Positions 44,088 through 52,839 are shown, counted from the first letter of the stretch. The stretch is 64,000 bases of DNA from Vicinamibacteria bacterium (GCA_041485905.1 JBGPKK010000001.1:38141-102140), one strand, 5' to 3'. Made by a program: numbers and translations. The notes: generated by a model from the letters alone, not told the origin.

Positions 44088-44960
44088 CTAAGTACCGGTG
44101 CGAGCGATTTCAGCGATCGTCTCGGCATCGAGCACGAGATCGTTTTTTTCGAACAGGCGGAAGATGCACGCGTTGTGGATCTTCATCTTCAGACTACCGA
44201 CGCCCAAGGCCCCGAACACCGTCACACCCTCACGCTCCACGCCATCGTCGGTGACGTCAATGCCTTCCACGCCGAGCGGCGGGACAGCGTTGACGTCGGC
44301 CACGCCGCGCAGTCCGGCGCGTCCGGCCCAGGCGTCGCGCGGGATCAGACAGACGCCGGCCGGACCCGCGTTGAGGAGCAGCTCGGCTCCCTCGCCGGCA
44401 CCGATGACGGCGGCCGCCTGCGAGCGGTCGGCCAGCGTCGCCGCGCGCACGGTGCCGCCGAAACGCTGCCGGATCCGCTCGACAACCTGCGCGCCTGGCT
44501 CGGGCCGGCGGGAGGTGATGGTGACGTCGGCGCCAGCCTGCGCAAGAAGGCCGGCCGCTCGCATGCCGACAGGACCCGTACCGGCCGTCACCACAGCGCG
44601 ACGTCCCTGAAGACTGCCGCCGGCGGCCTGCTGCAGCTTCGCAACCGCGGCGGACGCCGTCGTGTTCGATCCGTTCGAGTCGAGCATCACCGACACGCGC
44701 AGCGGGCCGAAGAACGTCTTCCGCACGGCCGCGAGGAGCTTCTCGCCCACGGCCATGTCGGTCCCGCCGATGAAGATCGCAGAGTGGCGGAGATCCTTGG
44801 GGCCTCGCGTGAACATCGCGCCGTACACGAGATCGCGGACCGCCTCCTCCGTCACGCTGCCGTAGCTCAGGACTTCGTCAGCACCAGCGTCAAAGGCGAC
44901 GATGCGATCGAAGACGCTCGGGTGCGGAGAGCTGTCGAGGTGGAGGAGCAGGTTCTTCAT
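44088..44960 (-). CDS. mtdB: NAD(P)-dependent methylene-H4MPT dehydrogenase (MtdA/MtdB family)
   Basis: Start at MKNLLLHLD (Met24 of ORF 44088..45029). FDAGAD, IFIGG, VVTAGTGPVGMRAAGLLAQAGADV Rossmann. I cannot separate MtdA from MtdB by eye. Confidence 0.75.
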   Translation of the reverse strand: MKNLLLHLDSSPHPSVFDRIVAFDAGADEVLSYGSVTEEAVRDLVYGAMFTRGPKDLRHSAIFIGGTDMAVGEKLLAAVRKTFFGPLRVSVMLDSNGSNTTASAAVAKLQQAAGGSLQGRRAVVTAGTGPVGMRAAGLLAQAGADVTITSRRPEPGAQVVERIRQRFGGTVRAATLADRSQAAAVIGAGEGAELLLNAGPAGVCLIPRDAWAGRAGLRGVADVNAVPPLGVEGIDVTDDGVEREGVTVFGALGVGSLKMKIHNACIFRLFEKNDLVLDAETIAEIARTGT

Positions 44961-45057
44961 AATCCCAAGGCAGGATGGAGGGACAAGGCGAGCGGGAACC
45001 GCGCCGGGAGAGACGCACGAGGGCGACAACCGCGCGTCGCCCTCGCGCTGAGGGTTT

Positions 45058-45570
45058 CTAGCCTTCGGCGCCGCCCGCGAACGGGTGCTTCGCCGTCTTC
45101 GATTTCGTGATGACCTCGTCGGCCTTCGGGATCCCCTTCAGGGCGCGGCTGATCGATTCCTTGGTTGCCTTGTAGTTGAAGTCGAAGATCTTCTTGTCGT
45201 CTTTCGCATCCCAGTGGATGAACACGCCGACAAGCACGCAGTAGTCGTCCACTTTGTCTTTCGGGATGGTGCCATCGGCCACCGAGTCGACGACCGCCCG
45301 CGCCACCGCCGCCTGCGCCGGCCCGAACATCTGCACCGCCTGCGTGGCGCCCTTGATCGTGACCTTGTTGAAGAGGATCGTGTCGGGCTTGGCCGCCAGG
45401 TTCGGCGTCACGACCGCGAGGAGGGTGCTGAAGCCGTCCTTCTGATTCGAGAGGGCATGAACGAAGGCAGACCCCGCAGGTCCCGATTTCGATCCGATGA
45501 TCAGATCGATGTGCGCGATCTCATTCCCGTCGCCGACCAGCGATTCACCGATGAAAAAGTCCGTTGCCAT
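45058..45570 (-). CDS. fae: formaldehyde-activating enzyme
   Basis: ORF track. [53 protein letters not shown] and KHPFA closely track Methylobacterium Fae as I remember it. A gaaaggag RBS precedes it. Confidence 0.9.
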   Translation of the reverse strand: MATDFFIGESLVGDGNEIAHIDLIIGSKSGPAGSAFVHALSNQKDGFSTLLAVVTPNLAAKPDTILFNKVTIKGATQAVQMFGPAQAAVARAVVDSVADGTIPKDKVDDYCVLVGVFIHWDAKDDKKIFDFNYKATKESISRALKGIPKADEVITKSKTAKHPFAGGAEG

Positions 45571-45738
45571 GTGGAACCACTCCTTTCAAAACAAATTAGG
45601 TAAAGTCTTGCTGAGAGCTGGCCGTGCATGGTCGCGACGCGACGGAGTGGCACGCCAAGCGCGGGAGTATATCATCACGAGCGCTGGACGCGACCGGCGG
45701 CCTACAATACCCGAAATTCGTGCAGCGGAGGTGACATC

Positions 45739-46218
45739 GTGAAAGTGCCCGTCGGCATCACCGTCAACGGCCGTCGCTATCAACGCGACGTCGAACCGCG
45801 TCAGCTCCTGGTGCATTTCATCCGCGACCTCGGTGGCGTCACGGGTACCAAGATCGGGTGCGACACCAGTCAGTGCGGTGCGTGCACGGTGCTGCTCGAC
45901 GGCGTGGCGATCAGGTCATGTACCTGTCTGGCCGTGCAGGTGGACGGTAGCGCCGTCACGACTATCGAAGGACTCGCACCCCCCGGCAAGCTGCACCCGC
46001 TCCAGGAGGCGTTCTGGAACAAGCACGGGTTACAGTGCGGCTTCTGCACGCCGGGCATGATCCTGGCGTCCCACGAGCTGCTTCGCCAGAATCCAACGCC
46101 GAGCGACGCGGAGATTCGGCACGGCCTGGAAGGCAACATGTGCCGGTGCACCGGCTACCAGAACATCGTGCGCGCGGTTCGAGAAGCCTCGATCACGATG
46201 GGAGGGAAACAGCCATGA
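45739..46218 (+). CDS. coxS: [2Fe-2S] small subunit of a CoxSLM-type molybdo-flavoenzyme
   Basis: GTG (Val38 of ORF 45628..46218) preceded by ggagg. CDTSQCGACTV and CGFCTPGMI...NMCRCTGY. Confidence 0.9.
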   Translation: MKVPVGITVNGRRYQRDVEPRQLLVHFIRDLGGVTGTKIGCDTSQCGACTVLLDGVAIRSCTCLAVQVDGSAVTTIEGLAPPGKLHPLQEAFWNKHGLQCGFCTPGMILASHELLRQNPTPSDAEIRHGLEGNMCRCTGYQNIVRAVREASITMGGKQP

Positions 46219-48590
46219 GCTCCCGAATTTTTGGCTCAGGCATCCGGCGGCGGGAAGATCCGCGGCTGATTACCGGGACCGCGTTGTACACCGACGATCT
46301 GACGCTGCCGGCGATGGTCCACGCGGCCATGCTGCGCAGCCCGCACGCCTACGCGCGCATCACGAGGATTGACGTCAGCCGCGCGAAAGCGGCGCCGGGC
46401 GTGCTGGCCGCCTACACGGCCGCGGACATCGACGCGCTGAAGCCGGTGCCGTGCGCGTGGCTGCTGCCGAACGCGAACCTCAAGATCGCCGGCTACCCGT
46501 GCATGGCCAGGGACACCGTCCGCTACGTCGGCGACATCGTGGCGGTCGTCGTCGCCGAGACCGCGTATCAGGCGTACGACGCGCTCGATCTCCTCGAGGT
46601 GGACTACGACGCGTTGCCCGCAGTCACCGATCCAAAGGCAGCGGCCCAGCCCGGCGCGCCGCAGCTGCACGCCGACATACCAAACAACGAGGCGTTTCAC
46701 TGGGTGGTGGCTGGCGGCGATATCGACGCCGCCTTCAAGAACGCTGAAGTCATCGTCAAGGAGCGCATCGTTCAGCAACGGCTCATTCCCAACGCGATGG
46801 AGCCACGGGCCGCGCTCGCGCAGTGGAGCGGCGCGTCGGGAGAGCTGACGCTCTGGAACACGACCCAGAACCCCCACATCCTCCGCTACCTCACCTCGGT
46901 CGTCACCGGCGTGCCGGAAGACAAGCTGCGTGTGGTCGCCCCTGAAGTCGGCGGCGGGTTTGGCAGCAAGATCGCGGCGTATCCGGCGGACTTCATCACC
47001 TGTTTCTGCGCGATGACCTTGAATCGGCCGGTCAAGTGGAACGAAACGCGCAGCGAGAACTATCAGGCGACAACGCACGGCCGCGATCACATCCAGGAGG
47101 TCGAGCTCGCCGCGAAGAAGGACGGGACGATCCTCGGACTGCGCGCCGAGATCTGGGCGGGCATGGGCGCGTATCTGTCGACGGCGGCGCCCGGCATCCC
47201 GACGATTCTGCACGGCCTGATGCTGTCGGGCGTGTACAACCTGCCCGCCGTCAAGGAACACGTCCACGGCGTATATACCAACGCCACGCCGGTCGAGGCG
47301 TATCGCGGCGCCGGACGACCCGAAGCGACGTTCATGATCGAACGCATGATGGACAAGCTGGCGAGCACGATCGGGATGGATCCGGTTGACCTGCGGTTGA
47401 AGAACATGATCCCGCGCTTCGAGAACGGGCACACGGTCATCACCGGGCTCACCTACGACAGCGGCGACTACCCGGCGGGATTGAAGAAGATCCTGGATCA
47501 CGTGAAGTACAAGGAGCTGCGCAAGGAGCAGGCGGACGCGCGCAAGAAGGGACGCTACATCGGCATCGGCGTGGCGTCCTACGTCGAGATCTGCGGACTC
47601 GGGCCGTCACAGGTCGCCGGCGCGATCGGCTTCCAGGGAGGTCTGTGGGAAAGCGCCATCGTGCGCGTCCATCCCACAGGGAAGGTTCACGTCTTCATCG
47701 GCGCGTCGCCGCACGGTCAAGGCGAAGAGACGACGTTCGCCCAGCTCGTCGCCAGCGAGATCGGCGTCGATACCAACGACGTCAAGGTGTTTCACGGCGA
47801 CACCGACGTCACCCCGATGGGATGGGGCACCTACGGCAGCCGGACGACCGCGGTCGGCGGTGCGGCCCTGATCCTCGCGACGCGCAAGGTCAAGGAGAAG
47901 GCCAAGGTCATTGCCGCGCACCTGCTCGAAGCCTCGGTCGAGGACATGGACTACGCCGACGGCAGGTTCTTCGTGAAGGGATCGCCCGACAAGGCGAAGA
48001 CGATTCAGGAGGTCGCGCTGATGGCGCACCTGTCGTGGAACATGCCGAAGGACGTCGAGTCGGGACTCGAGGCGTCGATGTTCTACGACCCGCCCAACTT
48101 TACGTATCCGTTCGGATCGCACGTCGCGGTGGTCGAAGTCGATCCGGAGACGGGACAGATCGATCTCAAGCGGTACGTCGCGCTCGACGACTGCGGCCCG
48201 CAGATCAATCCGGTCATCGTCGAAGGCCAGGTGCACGGCGGCGTCGTGCAGGGTCTGGGTCAGGCGCTCTGGGAAGAAGCGGTGTACGACGAGAACGGGC
48301 AGCTGGTCACGGGGTCGATGCTCGACTACGCCCTGCCCCGCGCCGACACGCTCTGCGACATCGAGGTGATTTCGACGGTCACGCCGTCGCCGCATCATCC
48401 GCTTGGACTCAAAGGCGTTGGCGAAGCCGGCACGATCGCGTCGACCGTGACGATGTACAGCGCCGTGATGGACGGGCTCGCGCCCCTGGGCGTCCAGCCG
48501 CTTCGGATGCCGATGACGGCCGAACGCGTGTGGCGGGCCATTCAAGAGGGCAAAGCGCAAAGGGCAGAGGGCAAAGCGCAGAAGGCATAG
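46215..48590 (+). CDS. coxL: Molybdopterin large subunit, form-II CoxL-like (AYRGAGR active-site loop)
   Basis: Start at MSSRIFGSGIRRRED (Met61 of ORF 46035..48590), ATGA overlap with coxS. EVGGGFGSK; VEAYRGAGRPEA rather than the AYRCSFR of form I. The last about 14 residues are encoded by the heptamer array. Confidence 0.85.
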   Translation: MSSRIFGSGIRRREDPRLITGTALYTDDLTLPAMVHAAMLRSPHAYARITRIDVSRAKAAPGVLAAYTAADIDALKPVPCAWLLPNANLKIAGYPCMARDTVRYVGDIVAVVVAETAYQAYDALDLLEVDYDALPAVTDPKAAAQPGAPQLHADIPNNEAFHWVVAGGDIDAAFKNAEVIVKERIVQQRLIPNAMEPRAALAQWSGASGELTLWNTTQNPHILRYLTSVVTGVPEDKLRVVAPEVGGGFGSKIAAYPADFITCFCAMTLNRPVKWNETRSENYQATTHGRDHIQEVELAAKKDGTILGLRAEIWAGMGAYLSTAAPGIPTILHGLMLSGVYNLPAVKEHVHGVYTNATPVEAYRGAGRPEATFMIERMMDKLASTIGMDPVDLRLKNMIPRFENGHTVITGLTYDSGDYPAGLKKILDHVKYKELRKEQADARKKGRYIGIGVASYVEICGLGPSQVAGAIGFQGGLWESAIVRVHPTGKVHVFIGASPHGQGEETTFAQLVASEIGVDTNDVKVFHGDTDVTPMGWGTYGSRTTAVGGAALILATRKVKEKAKVIAAHLLEASVEDMDYADGRFFVKGSPDKAKTIQEVALMAHLSWNMPKDVESGLEASMFYDPPNFTYPFGSHVAVVEVDPETGQIDLKRYVALDDCGPQINPVIVEGQVHGGVVQGLGQALWEEAVYDENGQLVTGSMLDYALPRADTLCDIEVISTVTPSPHHPLGLKGVGEAGTIASTVTMYSAVMDGLAPLGVQPLRMPMTAERVWRAIQEGKAQRAEGKAQKA

Positions 48591-48650
48591 GGCAAAGCGC
48601 AGAGGGCATAGGGCAAAGGGGTTTTTGCCCTTTGCCTTTTGCCTTTTGCA
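48548..48650. repeat. Heptamer array pair: about 10 x GGGCAAA-type units, then 3-4 x TTGCCCT-type units (hairpin)
   Basis: gggcaaa gcgcaaa gggcaga gggcaaa gcgcaga aggcata gggcaaa gcgcaga gggcata gggcaaa ggggttt ttgccct ttgcctt ttgcctt ttgcact. Confidence 0.9.
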
Positions 48651-48666
48651 CTACGAGGTTCTTCTT

Positions 48667-49533
48667 ATGTATGCATCAGAGTTCGACTACTACCGCGCCG
48701 GCACCGTGGCGGAAGCCGGCGAGCTTCTGCGGAAATATCCTGGCGCCAAACTCCTGGCCGGCGGCCACAGCCTGATTCCGCTGCTGAAACTGCGTCTCGC
48801 CGCGCCACCCGCGCTCATCGACATCGGCCGCATCGTGGAGCTCAAAGGCGTGACGGTCACAGGGGGAACCGTCCGCATCGGCGCGCTCACCACGCATGCC
48901 GATCTGGCGGCCTCCAACGCGCTAGGCGAGAGTTGCCCTGCGCTCGCCGAGGCGGCGCAACAGGTGGGCGATCCGGCGGTGCGAAACCGGGGGACCATCG
49001 GCGGCAACGTCGCTCACGCCGATCCGGCGTCGGACCTGCCGACGGTGCTCACCGCGCTCGGCGCACGGTTCACCATCGCCGGGCCGCGCGGAACGAGGAC
49101 CGTCGACGCCGGCGGTTTTTTCACCGGCATGATGACCACCGCGCTCGACGATCAGGATCTGCTCACGGCGATCGAAATTCCCGCGAAGCAGAAGGGCCAG
49201 GGCATGGCGTACGTGAAATTCTCGCATCCGGCGTCGCGCTACGCCGTCATCGGCGTCGCCGCGAGCGTCACGGTGACCGGCGGTACGTGTACTGCCGCAG
49301 GCGTGGCGATCGGCGGGCTCGTCCCCACGGCCACGCGCGCCCGGTCGGTTGAGAAGGCGCTCGTCGGTCAGCCGCTGTCGGCCGACGCCATTGCGAAGGC
49401 GGCCCATCAGATCGCGCAGGACTTGGGAGCCGACATCCTCGGCGATCTCTACGCATCGGCCGATTACCGCAAGGCGGTCGCGCCGGTGTGGGTGAAGCGA
49501 GCGCTCACCGCGGCGGCGGATCGCGCACGATAA
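48667..49533 (+). CDS. coxM: FAD-binding medium subunit
   Basis: Start at MYASEFDYYRAG (Met15 of ORF 48625..49533). LLAGGHSLIP and RNRGTIGGN. Confidence 0.9.
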   Translation: MYASEFDYYRAGTVAEAGELLRKYPGAKLLAGGHSLIPLLKLRLAAPPALIDIGRIVELKGVTVTGGTVRIGALTTHADLAASNALGESCPALAEAAQQVGDPAVRNRGTIGGNVAHADPASDLPTVLTALGARFTIAGPRGTRTVDAGGFFTGMMTTALDDQDLLTAIEIPAKQKGQGMAYVKFSHPASRYAVIGVAASVTVTGGTCTAAGVAIGGLVPTATRARSVEKALVGQPLSADAIAKAAHQIAQDLGADILGDLYASADYRKAVAPVWVKRALTAAADRAR

Positions 49534-49536
49534 AAG

Positions 49537-50436
49537 GTGGTTCCCGCATCCATCGACGAGCTGCAGGCGCTTCTCGAGCGACAGCTCTACATCGCCGATC
49601 GCGGCCTCGCGACCTCCATCTATCTCGCGCTGAAGCTGCAGCGTCCGCTGCTGCTCGAGGGCGAGGCCGGTGTCGGCAAGACCGAAGTCGCCAAAGTGCT
49701 GGCTGCTGCCTTCGACACCGACCTGATCCGCCTCCAATGTTACGAAGGCCTCGACATCAGCCATGCGGTGTACGAATGGAACTACGCGCGGCAGTTGCTG
49801 GAGATCCGGTTGATGGAAGCATCCGGCGCAGTGGATCGCCAGAAGGCTGCGAGCGAGCTGTTCGGCGAAGAATTTCTCATCAGGCGGCCGCTGCTTCAGG
49901 CGCTGTCGAACCGCGGGACGCGGCCGGTTCTCCTGATCGACGAGCTGGATCGCGCTGACGAAGAGTTCGAGGGCTATTTGCTCGAGCTGCTCAGCGACTT
50001 TCAAATCACGATTCCCGAGATTGGCACGATCCGCGCCGGCACTCCGCCGATTGTCATCATCACGTCGAACCGGACCCGCGAGCTGCACGACGCGCTGAAG
50101 CGGCGCTGCCTGTATTTCTGGATCGATTACCCGGACGCTCAGAAAGAGCTTCGCATCGTCACGACGAAACTGCCGGGCGCGCCCGCGCGGCTGGCTGAGC
50201 AGGTGACCGCATTCGTCCAGGAGCTCCGCGCGATGGATCTTTACAAAGCCGCCGGCGTCTCCGAGACACTGGACTGGGTCGCCGCGCTCGTCGCGCTCGA
50301 TCGCCAGGAGCTCGACGCCGACGCGATCGAGCAGACGCTCGGCATCCTGCTCAAGAACCAGGAAGACATTCAGGCGATGCGCGGCGGGCGGATCTCGGAG
50401 CTGCTCAATCGCACTCGATCTGCTTCGCTCGGATAA
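49537..50436 (+). CDS. coxD: MoxR-family AAA+ ATPase (CoxD-like)
   Basis: ORF track. LLLEGEAGVGKT Walker A, VLLIDELDRA Walker B. Confidence 0.85.
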   Translation: MVPASIDELQALLERQLYIADRGLATSIYLALKLQRPLLLEGEAGVGKTEVAKVLAAAFDTDLIRLQCYEGLDISHAVYEWNYARQLLEIRLMEASGAVDRQKAASELFGEEFLIRRPLLQALSNRGTRPVLLIDELDRADEEFEGYLLELLSDFQITIPEIGTIRAGTPPIVIITSNRTRELHDALKRRCLYFWIDYPDAQKELRIVTTKLPGAPARLAEQVTAFVQELRAMDLYKAAGVSETLDWVAALVALDRQELDADAIEQTLGILLKNQEDIQAMRGGRISELLNRTRSASLG

Positions 50437-50626
50437 AGATCATCGGGTCTTTGCACACCAGCGTTTCGTTGTCCTTCGTCACCTCCCATCCTTTCAGGAT
50501 TCCGTTGCGAAGGACAAGGGCCGGCTCGTCAGCCAACAAAAATACACTTCCCATTCCGAGCGCGACACCTACCACGATTCCGACACACAGAACCCGAATT
50601 GACGGCATGCGTCGGAACAACTGCAA
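50405..50626 (-). CDS. Hypothetical small single-TM protein
   Basis: ORF track. Hydrophobic VLCVGIVVGVALGMGSVFLL. A+T-richer than its surroundings. Overlaps the coxD 3' end by 32 nt, so uncertain. Confidence 0.4.
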   Translation of the reverse strand: MQLFRRMPSIRVLCVGIVVGVALGMGSVFLLADEPALVLRNGILKGWEVTKDNETLVCKDPMIFIRAKQIECD

Positions 50627-50732
50627 ATGACGCGCCGGTTGAGATTGTTGGGGTTTTGAAAGCCAGCAGCCTGGAAGGGGGCAATTCTTGTCCCGGTGCC
50701 GATGGCGTCTAATGGCAGATTCTGCGTCTCTG

Positions 50733-51461
50733 TCATGGGGCCGGCGGCTTACAGATCGCGCATGGTCCGTGTTTCTTGATCGCTTCGGCTAACGCCATCG
50801 GAGTCGCGTGGCTGCGGGCCAGGAGTGGGCAATCAGCACGATGATATTTCGTTCCAGTTCTTGTGACATAAACGGTCACCTGTTGTGAAGTGGATTGTGA
50901 GCGATTGTTGGACCGGGCGGCCGGCGGAACCGTTTTCTTGTCTGGGGCCCAGAGTCCAAGGTTCCTTTCGCGAGCCTCACGTTCGAGCTTCCTGAACTGC
51001 TCCAGGTATTTGAACGGATACCTGGTGTAAGCGAACCCGTAACCCTGTCGAATGATCTCGGCGTTTACGAACGTGCCGTCCAATAGATAGATGTACGCCA
51101 ACGTTCGGTTGTACTTGTCTCTTCGATTCCAGTCGTATTCAACTCGCACGCGCTTGCCGTCGACAAGCCGGTGCATGAAGGCGCTCGCTTCCCGACCGAA
51201 TCGCTGGATCGGACGTCGCGGATCAACCGTTTCAGGTGTGTCGATGCCAATCAGGCGGACCTTGCCAATCCGTTCAAGCACAATCGTGTCGCCATCAACG
51301 ACTCGAGTCACACGGTACGATTCCGAGGTGGTCTGGGAAGACGCGACCAGCGTCGAGAAGATCAGTGCAAAGACCGTGTACAGCGGGACCAGCACTTTGG
51401 CCGCAGGCCGGCGCGGAGCCGAGCCCTCAGAGGTCAGCGCGAGAGTCAACGGTTTGTCCAT
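50733..51461 (-). CDS. Secreted/membrane-anchored thermonuclease (SNase)-family nuclease with a C-terminal Cys/His-rich tail
   Basis: Start at MDKPLTL (Met12 of ORF 50733..51494). TM/signal VLVPLYTVFALIFSTLVA; VVDGDTIVL...VRLIGIDTPE...GREA...DKYNRTLAYIYL...NAEIIRQGYG...E..AR....GLW is the SNase core. The tail is YHRADCP...HGPCAICKP. Confidence 0.8.
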   Translation of the reverse strand: MDKPLTLALTSEGSAPRRPAAKVLVPLYTVFALIFSTLVASSQTTSESYRVTRVVDGDTIVLERIGKVRLIGIDTPETVDPRRPIQRFGREASAFMHRLVDGKRVRVEYDWNRRDKYNRTLAYIYLLDGTFVNAEIIRQGYGFAYTRYPFKYLEQFRKLEREARERNLGLWAPDKKTVPPAARSNNRSQSTSQQVTVYVTRTGTKYHRADCPLLARSHATPMALAEAIKKHGPCAICKPPAP

Positions 51462-51583
51462 CGTCAGAATGAGCGCAGGCGAGCCGTGGCGCAATGGAAA
51501 AATTCTTCAGGCGCCCCCGCTTTAAATCGATCATTGCTTGAGTCCGGGACTCTGTACGGACCGTCTCTCTAGGCAAGCCATGC

Positions 51584-51618
51584 ATTCCTGATTCATAATT
51601 CCTAATTGTAAATTGCCC
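51584..51618. repeat. A+T-rich heptamer half-array (attcctg attcata attccta attgtaa attgccc) running into the coxE start codon
   Basis: Read directly. Same flavour as the arm next to the fwdA start. Confidence 0.85.
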
Positions 51619-52773
51619 TTTCTCTTCCACAACATCGTCCACTTCGGCCGGCTCCTGCACGCGCTTGGCCTGGACGTGCATGCCGGACGCATGCTCGATG
51701 TGGCCGGGGCGCTGGAGCACATCGACATCGGACGCCGCTCGGACTTTTGCGTCGCGCTGCAATCTCTTCTCATTCACCGCCCGCAGGATCTGCCGATCTT
51801 TGACGAGGCGTTCCGCGTGTTCTGGAAGCCGCCGCCAGGTGAATGGGCATCGACCGATCTGCGGGCCATGGGTGAACAGCGCCGCTCCGGAGCGCCCCAA
51901 GTCGATGTACCAGCGGCACAACCCGATTCACTGGACGATCCCTCGCTTCCCCTGCTCGCTGAGACCGTCCAGCGCATCGCGCCGAGAGGTTACAGCTCGC
52001 AGGAGGTATCGCGCGTCAAGGACTTCGAGCAGTTCACGGAGGCCGAGCTCGAAGCCGCGAAGGCGATGATCGCAGAGCTGACGTGGGACCTTGGGACGCG
52101 ACAGACTCGCCGCTGGAAGTCCGGCGACGGCAGGGTACTGGATTTCAGGAAGGTCATGCGCCGCAACCTTCGCTACGGCGGCGAACCGCTCGCGCTGCCG
52201 ACACGCGAGCGAGCGTCACGGCGCCGGCCGCTCGTGCTGCTCTGCGACGTCAGCGGATCGATGGAGCGGTACGCGCGCATGCTGCTGCATTTCATGCATA
52301 GTCTGGCCGCCGGCCTCGAACACGTCGAGGCGTTCGTGTTCGCGACGCGGTTGACCCGGATCACACGCGATCTCTCCGCGCGCGGCGGCCGCGAATCGCT
52401 GCCCACGATCCCGCGGCGCGTGCCCGACTGGGCCGGGGGCACGCGCATCGGAGACGCGGTGCGGACGTTCAACGTGCAGTGGGCGCGCCGCGTCATGGGA
52501 CATGGACCAGTCGTGCTGTTGATCTCTGACGGGTGGGATCGCGGGGAACCCGAGGTGCTCGCCCGCGAGATGAGCCGCCTCCAGCGAAGCTGTCATCGTC
52601 TCATCTGGCTCAACCCGCTGCTCGGATCGGCGGACTATCAGCCGCTGACGCGCGGGATGCAGGCGGCGCTACCGTTCGTCGACGATTTCCTGCCGGTGCA
52701 CAATCTGGCCAGCCTGGAAGCGCTTGCGCGGCACCTCAACAAACTGCCGGCGCGCCGCGCGGTCAGGGCATAG
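51613..52773 (+). CDS. coxE: VWA-domain protein (CoxE-like)
   Basis: ORF track (TTG start). LVLLCDVSGSM MIDAS motif and VVLLISDGWD. Confidence 0.85.
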   Translation: MPFLFHNIVHFGRLLHALGLDVHAGRMLDVAGALEHIDIGRRSDFCVALQSLLIHRPQDLPIFDEAFRVFWKPPPGEWASTDLRAMGEQRRSGAPQVDVPAAQPDSLDDPSLPLLAETVQRIAPRGYSSQEVSRVKDFEQFTEAELEAAKAMIAELTWDLGTRQTRRWKSGDGRVLDFRKVMRRNLRYGGEPLALPTRERASRRRPLVLLCDVSGSMERYARMLLHFMHSLAAGLEHVEAFVFATRLTRITRDLSARGGRESLPTIPRRVPDWAGGTRIGDAVRTFNVQWARRVMGHGPVVLLISDGWDRGEPEVLAREMSRLQRSCHRLIWLNPLLGSADYQPLTRGMQAALPFVDDFLPVHNLASLEALARHLNKLPARRAVRA

Positions 52774-52835
52774 GGCATAGGGCAAAGGGCAAAGGGCAGA
52801 GGGCAGAGGGCAAAGGGCAGAGGGCAGAGGGCAAA
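52766..52835. repeat. Heptamer array, 10 x GGGCAxA (left arm of the four-helix-bundle cassette)
   Basis: gggcata gggcata gggcaaa gggcaaa gggcaga gggcaga gggcaaa gggcaga gggcaga gggcaaa. Contains the coxE stop codon. Confidence 0.95.
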
Positions 52836-52839
52836 AGAC

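Noticed and set aside
44950-45030. An apparent 1-2 nt disagreement between my by-eye indexing of the printed sequence and the ORF-track coordinates near the mtdB and fae ends, which looked like a frameshift.
   Set aside because: Re-reading showed it was my own transcription slip, not a sequence feature. CDS coordinates are therefore taken from ORF-track arithmetic.
46215-48590. Calling the large subunit a bona fide (form I) aerobic CO dehydrogenase.
   Set aside because: The active-site loop reads AYRGAGR, not AYRCSFR, and the gene order is S-L-M rather than M-S-L. Only a form-II/CoxL-like call is justified.
49537-52773. MoxR + nuclease + VWA as a dedicated NTPase-based defence system.
   Set aside because: The MoxR and VWA genes are standard coxD/coxE accessories of the adjacent cox operon. 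The nuclease is on the opposite strand in a compositionally distinct insert. It is kept only as a low-probability alternative.
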